Assembly: GCA_035645855.1 (NCBI GenBank)
Contig: DASQLU010000067.1
Span: 231 to 64,230 of the forward strand
DNA: 64,000 bases
Source: Pyrinomonadaceae bacterium
GTDB taxonomy: Bacteria > Acidobacteriota > Blastocatellia > Pyrinomonadales > Pyrinomonadaceae
Direction: 5' to 3'
The notes under the pieces are model-generated. The model saw only the letters and a program-made list of their open reading frames with translations, was not told the origin of the DNA and made no database searches. This document shows, in pieces, positions 46,557-53,467 of this stretch. The number at the start of each line of letters is the position of its first letter. The first letter of the stretch is position 1. Both the position numbers and the translations under genes were made by a program.

Positions 46557-46655
46557 CCAACGCCCGACATCACCCGCCCGCACACAACTGTGGAGGCATT
46601 CAACTTGGCGAACGGCATCCATGCTGATTCAGGTCGGGTGCATGACGTTGTCAGG
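46557..46655. repeat. Imperfect palindromic element, copy B (arms ccaacgcccgacatcacccgcc / ggtcgggtgcatgacgttgtcagg)
   Basis: Read directly from sequence. The arms are related to copy A, to half-sites at 45320-45344 (cctgacgcccggcatcactcgccgc) and to 46349-46369 (taacaacggcatgcagcggac, which begins at the Imm53 stop codon). Confidence 0.4.
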
Positions 46656-46814
46656 CCGCGCGATTAGTTATTACGCCTTGGCGGGGATGTCGTCGGTGGC
46701 GACGCCCGCCGGAAAGACTTCTGACAGAGTGACGGGCGGGCTTGCGTGCCTGCTCGATTACTGGCGGTCGGCGCCGGCAGAGGAATCGTCCGGCAGGGAA
46801 GTAACTTCTCTCAG

Positions 46815-48566
46815 CTAACGGGACGACACCAGACTCTCGATCTCGCGCTTGAGCACGCTCAGCCGCTCGCGGATTTCGTCGAGAGTGGAGGCGCGCTCCC
46901 TCACTTTGGCGTGCTCAGCCTGCACGAAGCGCGTGTAGGGTTCGAGCGCGCCGCGCACGTTATCGACCGCCCGCTCGATTTCCTCGGCCGATTTAGTCTC
47001 GAAGGCGCGCCGCATCTCGGTGCGCAGCGTCTCCGTCTTGACCCGGAACTCCTCCTTCGCGCGCTTGCGCTTGTAAGGCAGGATCAGGAAGCTGGCGGTG
47101 AACAGCATGGTCGCCGCGGCGATGCCCGTCACGTCCAACGCCACGGTCGTGAAGACGGTCGCGAGCACGTACCCCAGCCCGACCGCGCCCGCCCCCAAAC
47201 CGAATGATTGCTGGAGCGCGGTCATCGAACTGTGAATGATCCTGCGGCACTCGTCGCGGTGGTCTAAAGACTGCACGCGCGCCTCGGCCTCGCGGCGGAT
47301 GCGCGCGTGCACCTCCTCGCGCTCGTAAACGAACTGCCCGCCCACCCGCCCGATGATCTGCGAGTCGTACTGCTCCTTGCGCACCTGCGTGTTGAAGTAT
47401 TCCAGCGTGTCGTTCCACAGCCGCATGTTGTTGCGCACCAGCCAATCGACCGATTCGTTGACGCTCTCGTCCAACTTGTCGCGCCACTGGGCGAGCACGG
47501 CGCGCTCGAACTCCTCGCGGAACCGCGCCTCGTTCCTCAACAAATTCAAGTTGCGCACGCGCATGTTGCCATCCAGAAAGTCGAGGCCGCGGTCGCGCAG
47601 TTCCACGATCAGGGCGTCCACGCGGAGGACGAATTTTTGAAAGTTCGATTGCATCTCGTCGTGCGCGCTCCCGAGCTGTTCCTCGATGCGCTTGATCTTC
47701 GCGGTGTCTTCGGAAAGCAATTCGAGCTTACCGGAGTATTCGGCCTGCAACTTCTCTGCGACCGTGCCGGCCGAGTCGAGCGGGCTGAGCAGTTTCAGTC
47801 GCAGCCGTTCGCGCTCGCCGAGCTTGTGGAAAATGTAATCCTCCAGCGACTCGAAGCGGCTGCGCGTCCAGTCGCGCGGGTGGCCGCCCAGTTTCGCGCC
47901 GAGCGCCAGTTTCGCGGCGACGGGGAAGATGAGGGGTTTGAACCCGAGTAACTCCTGACACTTGCTATCGACGAATGCGACGACCTCCGCCAGTTCGGCC
48001 TCGTCCTTGGTGTCGATTTTGTTGAGGACGATGACGATCTTTTTCCCCCAGCGCTGGATGTAAGAGAGGAACTGGCGTTCGCTCTCAGTCATCGGCCGGT
48101 CGATTGAGGTGATGAAGAGAACGAGGTCGGCGCGGGGGATAAAATCCTCTGTGATCTCCTGATGTTGCCGGATGACGGAATTAGTGCCGGGCGTGTCGAC
48201 GAGCGCGATGTTGCGCAGGAACTCGACGGGCAGCCGTTGCTCCGTGACGAAGGAACTGAGCGAGCGCTCTTCCGGTTGCTCGCCGTAGTGCATGATGGTG
48301 ATGCGGTCGTCCACCGGAACCGGCCCCTCGACGCGCGCCTTCTGCCCGAACAGGGCGTTGATGAATGAAGACTTGCCGGAGTTGAATTCGCCGACGACGA
48401 CCAGCAGGAACAACTCGTCTATGCCGGCCAGGATGTCGCTCAGGCGGCGCGCGTCCTCGGAGTGCTCGCCCACGAGGGCTAACTCGTGAAGCTCGGTTAA
48501 CAGTTGCTTTTCCGACTCGATCAGCGGGCGTAGACGTTCGTCAACAATGAGTTCGGGAGTTTTCAT
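46815..48566 (-). CDS. Bacterial dynamin-like GTPase
   Basis: G1 VVVGEFNSGKSSFINALFG, G3 LVDTPGTNS, G4 VLNKIDT, followed by a long helical stalk and two adjacent hydrophobic helices (paddle-like) near the C-terminus. Confidence 0.8.
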   Translation of the reverse strand: MKTPELIVDERLRPLIESEKQLLTELHELALVGEHSEDARRLSDILAGIDELFLLVVVGEFNSGKSSFINALFGQKARVEGPVPVDDRITIMHYGEQPEERSLSSFVTEQRLPVEFLRNIALVDTPGTNSVIRQHQEITEDFIPRADLVLFITSIDRPMTESERQFLSYIQRWGKKIVIVLNKIDTKDEAELAEVVAFVDSKCQELLGFKPLIFPVAAKLALGAKLGGHPRDWTRSRFESLEDYIFHKLGERERLRLKLLSPLDSAGTVAEKLQAEYSGKLELLSEDTAKIKRIEEQLGSAHDEMQSNFQKFVLRVDALIVELRDRGLDFLDGNMRVRNLNLLRNEARFREEFERAVLAQWRDKLDESVNESVDWLVRNNMRLWNDTLEYFNTQVRKEQYDSQIIGRVGGQFVYEREEVHARIRREAEARVQSLDHRDECRRIIHSSMTALQQSFGLGAGAVGLGYVLATVFTTVALDVTGIAAATMLFTASFLILPYKRKRAKEEFRVKTETLRTEMRRAFETKSAEEIERAVDNVRGALEPYTRFVQAEHAKVRERASTLDEIRERLSVLKREIESLVSSR

Positions 48567-48725
48567 GTCCTGATTTTACGAGACTTTAAGCGTGCGGCAA
48601 GGAAATTCGTCGGGCACTTCAATTTGTAAACCTCGTTCGATGTGAGGTGTCGGCCGGGCGGAGCGTACAGGCGTTCCCGAAGACAATCTTGATTTCCTTC
48701 ACCCGGATGTGATGCGCGAGAGCGG

Positions 48726-48800
48726 GCGACCTTCGTCGCTTCACTGTCAGGCGACGTTCGTCGCTTCGCCGTCAGGCGACGTTCGTCGCTTCGCTGTTCG
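48726..48800. repeat. Three tandem 25-bp units, each containing the 14-bp palindrome GCGACGTTCGTCGC
   Basis: Units at 48726-48750, 48751-48775 and 48776-48800 (gcgacSttcgtcgcttcRcYgtYMg). They lie between the MurJ-like stop (48875) and the dynamin-like start (48566). Confidence 0.9.
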
Positions 48801-48874
48801 GAGTCGCCGCTCGGCGGAAGGCGCTCGACAGACTTACTCGCTCGAAAATAATCTTTGCAACGCAAACTCAGGTC

Positions 48875-50197
48875 TTACCCATCGGCCGTCCGTGGGATTC
48901 TGCGGGACACCTCGCCCTCCAGCATAACGAATTGCATGAAGGAGCTGACGACGAAGTAAGCGCTCATCGTCACCGCGAGACCCATCAGGCCGTAACTGAG
49001 GAAGACTACGATCTTCAGTGGAAGGTAGAAGGTGTAAATTAAGACGGACACCTTGGTCGGGGTCTTCGTGTCTCCCATTGCGTAGAAGGCTCCCGACACC
49101 ACCTGTCCCGAAAGTCCGCCGAAGAACGCCCCGACGAGGGCGATGATGACCAGCCAGAGCGTGTGGACGTTCTCGGCCGTGACGCCCGCGTGGCCGATGG
49201 TGAGCCGGAGCGCGTGAGTCCCGAAGGCCAGCAACAGCAGCATGCCAAGCGAAGAGATGATCCCGATCAGCAGGAGCCGCTTGCGATACACGCGGCGGTA
49301 GCGCCGCCACTCTCCCGCGCCAACCGCGACCGCCAGGCTCGGAACCAGCGGCGCGACCACGGCCTTACTGGTAACCAGGATGGCGTTGGCATAAATTTGC
49401 TGCGCGACGTAGAGCAGCGAGAGGCTTCCCGCCTCCTTCGTCGAAGTGAGGAAGCGGTCGAGGAGCGGCTCCGCGCGCAGGTACGCCTGCCCCGGCAGGA
49501 GCGGCGTGAACAGCCGCCAGGCCTCCCTCGCCGTGGGCGAAGGCCACGCGGGACGCCGCCAGTGCCCGAGCACGGGCAGCAGGAAGGCCAGCTTCAGGCC
49601 GTTGTAGAAGACCGTGTTCCACGCCGCCGCGTGGATGCCGAAGCGCGGCAGCGCCCAGACGAGAAACAGCAGCCCGGAGAGGTTCGCCACCACGCCCGAG
49701 AACTCGACCCACACGAACCGTCTGCGCGCGTGATGCGCCGCCCAGAGCGTGACGATGCTGGCGTTGAGCACCATGCTCACGATCTGAATTTTGGTCAGGC
49801 CGATGGTCAGGCTTTTGCCCTCGGCCGAGAAGCCGGGGACGAACAGCGGCACCCAGAGGTGGCACGAGGCGTAGAGGGCGCCGCCGACCAGCGCGAAGAG
49901 CGCCGTGATCAGCAGGAAGAAGAGCCACACGTCCTCGCGCTGGCTCTCCGCGTTCCTGGTCGCCAGCAGCGGCACCAGCACGGGGGGCAGCATTGCGCTG
50001 AGCACCAGGAAGACGAGCTGGGGCAGTGCGCCGGAGGCGAAAAAGGCGTCGGTCTCGACATTGAGCCCCACGCGCGTGACGATGTACCACGCCGACAGGA
50101 GTGCCAACGCCGCGTTGCAAGTCGCCAGTGCACCTAAGTTGACACCCTGCTTGAACAAAAGAGAGTTCACGCGCGCGCGCCGCGATTCCCGCAGCAC
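48875..50197 (-). CDS. MurJ/MviN-family lipid-linked oligosaccharide flippase (start uncertain)
   Basis: Multi-TM protein with MurJ-like motifs (ETDAFFASGALPQLV; SLSLLYVAQQIYANAI; GAFYAMGDTKTPTKVSVL). The ORF track begins at 50422 but overlaps the upstream GT gene. GTG codons at 50197 or 50170 are more plausible starts. Confidence 0.7.
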   Translation of the reverse strand: MLRESRRARVNSLLFKQGVNLGALATCNAALALLSAWYIVTRVGLNVETDAFFASGALPQLVFLVLSAMLPPVLVPLLATRNAESQREDVWLFFLLITALFALVGGALYASCHLWVPLFVPGFSAEGKSLTIGLTKIQIVSMVLNASIVTLWAAHHARRRFVWVEFSGVVANLSGLLFLVWALPRFGIHAAAWNTVFYNGLKLAFLLPVLGHWRRPAWPSPTAREAWRLFTPLLPGQAYLRAEPLLDRFLTSTKEAGSLSLLYVAQQIYANAILVTSKAVVAPLVPSLAVAVGAGEWRRYRRVYRKRLLLIGIISSLGMLLLLAFGTHALRLTIGHAGVTAENVHTLWLVIIALVGAFFGGLSGQVVSGAFYAMGDTKTPTKVSVLIYTFYLPLKIVVFLSYGLMGLAVTMSAYFVVSSFMQFVMLEGEVSRRIPRTADG

Positions 50198-50298
50198 GAC
50201 ACGTCCAAGCCTCCGATACGACGCGAATTTAACATCAACTTCCAGACGCGCACGCGACCGCGCCGCCCCGCGATACTTAAGGCCGCGAGCGCCATGCG

Positions 50299-51414
50299 TT
50301 ATGCCGCCTCGCTGTCTGAAACACGTGTGCCCCGGTGCGAATCGCACGCTTCGCCGAGCAGGCTCAGGTAGAGTTGTTCGTAGCACCTCGCCGTCGTCTC
50401 GACGGGACGCCCCGCCGCACACTCGCGCGCCGCGCGCGCACGCGCCGCGTCGCCGTGGGCGAGGATGGCTTTAATGTCCGCGGCCGCCTTTATCGTGTCG
50501 TCCGGGTCTGCGAAGCGTGCGCTGTGTTCGTCGAGCATCTCCCTGTGAGCCGGGATGTCTGAGACGACCAGCGGGCAGCCGCAGGCCATCGCCTCCAGCA
50601 CGACGTTGGGGCAGCCCTCGACCCTGCTGAGGGAGACGAGCACGTCGGCGCGCTTCATTATGTCCCAGAGGTTATCGACGTAGCCCTTGAAGACGACGCG
50701 GTGGGCGAGGCCGAGCGAGCGCGCCATCCGTTCCAAGTGCGGCCGGTGCGGGCCGTCCCCGCACATGACGGCCACGAAAGGCACCTCGGCCGCGACGCGT
50801 GCCAGCGCGGCGATCAGGCTCTCGACGTTCTTCCCCTCGTCCATGCGCCCGGCGTAGAGCACGACCTTCGCGGCCGGATCGAACCCGCCCGCCCGTGCGG
50901 AATCAGCCTGCGCTATCTCGTCGAAAGGTATCGCGTTCGGGATCACACGCAGCGCCTGCGCGCCCGGCGCGGAGCGCCAGTAGGCATCACCCCCGGCGGA
51001 GTTCGACACGACGGCATCCGCCCTCCGGCCGAGCGAAAGGCGCAGCCTGTTCCTCCAGCCCGCCGCGTACAGGGGCGCGGAACTGGATTCCCTCAACACC
51101 CAGCGCGTGCGGGTCAGGAGAGCCGCCGCGCCCCCCAGGATGTCCATCGGCGTGAGGATCGTCTGAACTATGTCCGGCCTCAACCTCCGCATCAGCCGGA
51201 GCAGCCTGTAGAAGATCACCGGGTCACGGTTGCCGGAACCGCCGAGGGGGTGCCACTTCACGCCGGCTGACTCCATCCTCGCGAGGTTCGGGCCGCCGCG
51301 CGACGAGGCGACGTGGACTTCGTGCCCGCCAGCGGCCAGCGCGGCGGCGAGGTACGACAACTGTCGCTCGGCACCACCGTGTTTGAGGTTGGGGATGCAG
51401 TAGAGAATCTTCAT
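50299..51414 (-). CDS. Glycosyltransferase family 4 (GT-B)
   Basis: MKILYCIPNLKHGGAERQL...VLYAGRMDEGKNVESLI...SRVEGCPNVVLEAMACGCPLVVSDIPAHREM is a typical GT4 E-x7-E region. Confidence 0.8.
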   Translation of the reverse strand: MKILYCIPNLKHGGAERQLSYLAAALAAGGHEVHVASSRGGPNLARMESAGVKWHPLGGSGNRDPVIFYRLLRLMRRLRPDIVQTILTPMDILGGAAALLTRTRWVLRESSSAPLYAAGWRNRLRLSLGRRADAVVSNSAGGDAYWRSAPGAQALRVIPNAIPFDEIAQADSARAGGFDPAAKVVLYAGRMDEGKNVESLIAALARVAAEVPFVAVMCGDGPHRPHLERMARSLGLAHRVVFKGYVDNLWDIMKRADVLVSLSRVEGCPNVVLEAMACGCPLVVSDIPAHREMLDEHSARFADPDDTIKAAADIKAILAHGDAARARAARECAAGRPVETTARCYEQLYLSLLGEACDSHRGTRVSDSEAA

Positions 51415-51451
51415 GGCGCGTGAGTCGTGGCGTGAGACCGTACCGGGCGGT

Positions 51452-52978
51452 TCACGCGACGAAAGGCTCGTCCCCCCTCCGCAAAAGGGTCAACATGGAA
51501 GCCCTCACGCGCGAGGCGAGTGACACGGCCACCGCCGCGGCCAACGCCCCGGTTGTGCACAGAAATAGTAGGGTCTCGACGCGCGACGGGCGCGGCGGCA
51601 TCAGCCAGCGCGCCGCCGCGCCGGCGCAAAATGCCCCCGCGAGCGGCAGAAAGACGTCCTCGAAGAGCCACCGGCCCTGCTCACCCCTGAGAAAACGGCG
51701 GTGCGCCAAGGGGAACGTCAGAAGGTAGCAGACGTTCAGGAAAACCCACACCAGCGCCGCCCCGGGGCCGCCGTATGCCCGCGCCATCAGGATGTTCAGG
51801 GGGACGACCGCGATGAGCAGGAGGAGGTTCGTGCTCAGGATGAGTCGCCACCAGCCGTGTGCGATTTGCAGAAAGTAGGGCGCCTGCACCACCCCGTGCA
51901 GGAGCATCCCCGCGACCAGGAGGGAGAGGACAAGGCTCGCGTTCTCGACGGCCGCCGCGTCACCCGTCCACGCGAAGAGTACCTCGCGCGGGAAGAGCGC
52001 GGCCACGACGGCGATGGGCGCGAGCAGCACCGCCATCAACTGGCTCCCACGGTGGTAGACTTCGGCGAGTTCCCGTTCGTCGCCTCGCGCGACCAGCCCG
52101 GACAACTGCGGAAAGACCGCGCCGTCCACCGCGATGATGACGGCATACATGCCGCTCGCCACCCCCTGCGCCAGCGCGTAATAGCCGAACATCTCAAGCG
52201 GCAGTAGTGTGCTCAGGATAATCTTGTCCCCCTGGAATAGTGCCATGTTCGCGACCGCGTTCGCCGCGTAGGCGGCGCCGAAGCGCCACACTCGTCGTAT
52301 CAACTCGGGTCGGAAGCCGCTGTGGACTCCGCCGGACGCGGGCAGGCAGCGCCAGAGCAGGAGCGCGGCGGCTCCAGTGCCCGCCGCGCCCGCCGCGATC
52401 TGCACGGCGAAGAACGTCTGCGGGGCGGGCGCGACGAAGTGGAGTGCCAGCAGTGTGCCCGCCGCGCGCAGGGTCGCCGTGGCGGCGGCCAGCGTGTTGA
52501 AGAGCGTCTGCCTTTGGAGTCCGAGCAGCCCGCCCTGGTAGAAGGCGAAAGGAAACTGTAGCGCCATCGCCGCGCCCATCAACCTGACGCAGGTCGTCAC
52601 CTCCTCGGCCGAGAGCGACTGCGGCTTCACCCAGTGTCGAGCGACCGCCGGGGCGAGCGCGAAGACCGTGACCCCGACGAGCAGCGCCATGACCCAGTAG
52701 ACGGCCTGCAGCGTGTAGGCGAGGTCGCGCTGCGTCCGCGCGTCGCTGCCCTGTGCGTCGAGGCGTGCGAGTTCGCGGCTGAACGTCGCGCCGACGCCCA
52801 GGTCGAGGACGACGAAGACGCTTTGCAGCATGACGAAAAGCCCGACCAGCCCGAACGCCTCCGCGCCCATCAGCCCGACGTAGAGAGGGACGCACAGGAC
52901 TCCTACGGCGGCCGTCCACGCGGCGCCGAACAGGTTCGCGAAGGTGTTCCTTTCGAGTCTTCCCAAAGCTCTTTGCAC
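51452..52978 (-). CDS. Wzx-like polysaccharide flippase (MOP superfamily)
   Basis: 508 aa with about 12-14 hydrophobic segments. N-terminus NTFANLFGAAWTAAVGVLCVPLYVGLMGAEAFGLVGLF is typical of oligosaccharide flippases. Confidence 0.7.
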   Translation of the reverse strand: MQRALGRLERNTFANLFGAAWTAAVGVLCVPLYVGLMGAEAFGLVGLFVMLQSVFVVLDLGVGATFSRELARLDAQGSDARTQRDLAYTLQAVYWVMALLVGVTVFALAPAVARHWVKPQSLSAEEVTTCVRLMGAAMALQFPFAFYQGGLLGLQRQTLFNTLAAATATLRAAGTLLALHFVAPAPQTFFAVQIAAGAAGTGAAALLLWRCLPASGGVHSGFRPELIRRVWRFGAAYAANAVANMALFQGDKIILSTLLPLEMFGYYALAQGVASGMYAVIIAVDGAVFPQLSGLVARGDERELAEVYHRGSQLMAVLLAPIAVVAALFPREVLFAWTGDAAAVENASLVLSLLVAGMLLHGVVQAPYFLQIAHGWWRLILSTNLLLLIAVVPLNILMARAYGGPGAALVWVFLNVCYLLTFPLAHRRFLRGEQGRWLFEDVFLPLAGAFCAGAAARWLMPPRPSRVETLLFLCTTGALAAAVAVSLASRVRASMLTLLRRGDEPFVA

Positions 52979-52990
52979 GCGCCCGCGCCG

Positions 52991-53467
52991 CTACTCGACC
53001 TCGGCGACCACGACCCGCTCCCCGATCATGTCGAGCAGCAGCGTGATCCTTGACACATCGCGGAGGCTGAGACCTTTCCACTCGGCGAAATGGTCGTCCA
53101 CGGCCTCGACCCTGATGTCCCAGGAGGCGGCCTTCTCTTCAGGGCTGAATCCTATGGCGACGCTCGCCCCGTCAGCCAGTTCGCCCCCCCCGAGTAGGTT
53201 CTCCTCCCACCCGGCCGACCCGCTCGGCGAGATGTAAACTGCGCGAAGCGTGGCGCCGGTGAAGTTGGCGAGTGAGAAGCCAAAAGCTCCGGCGCGTGCG
53301 CCGCCGCTGGCGACGGCCGTCGCCGCTGGTTCGCCGCGCGTCGGCGAAGCCGTCCCCGCCCCGTCGCCCCGGCGGGCGCGCTGCGACGAGCAGGCGCAGG
53401 CAACGGCGAGTAGTAACGCCGACGCGACGCAAGCCGCTGCCCTTCCGGTCAACCCCCTCTCACCCAC
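52991..53467 (-). CDS. Putative lipoprotein, unknown function
   Basis: Signal with a lipobox-like LLLAVACACSS. 8-nt overlap with the upstream gene's stop. Confidence 0.5.
   Translation of the reverse strand: MGERGLTGRAAACVASALLLAVACACSSQRARRGDGAGTASPTRGEPAATAVASGGARAGAFGFSLANFTGATLRAVYISPSGSAGWEENLLGGGELADGASVAIGFSPEEKAASWDIRVEAVDDHFAEWKGLSLRDVSRITLLLDMIGERVVVAEVE

Noticed and set aside
46296-46818. ORFs 46296-46502 and 46375-46818 downstream of Imm53
   Set aside because: They have low-complexity Ser/Pro/Arg-rich translations, they contain the palindromic element copies, and they run into the 3' end of the dynamin-like gene. They are likely non-coding.
50198-50422. N-terminal 75 codons of the 515-aa MurJ-like ORF track entry
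   Set aside because: It overlaps the 3' end of the upstream GT4 gene (which ends at 50299) and is Arg-rich with no membrane character. MurJ-like sequence begins near the GTG codons at 50197/50170.
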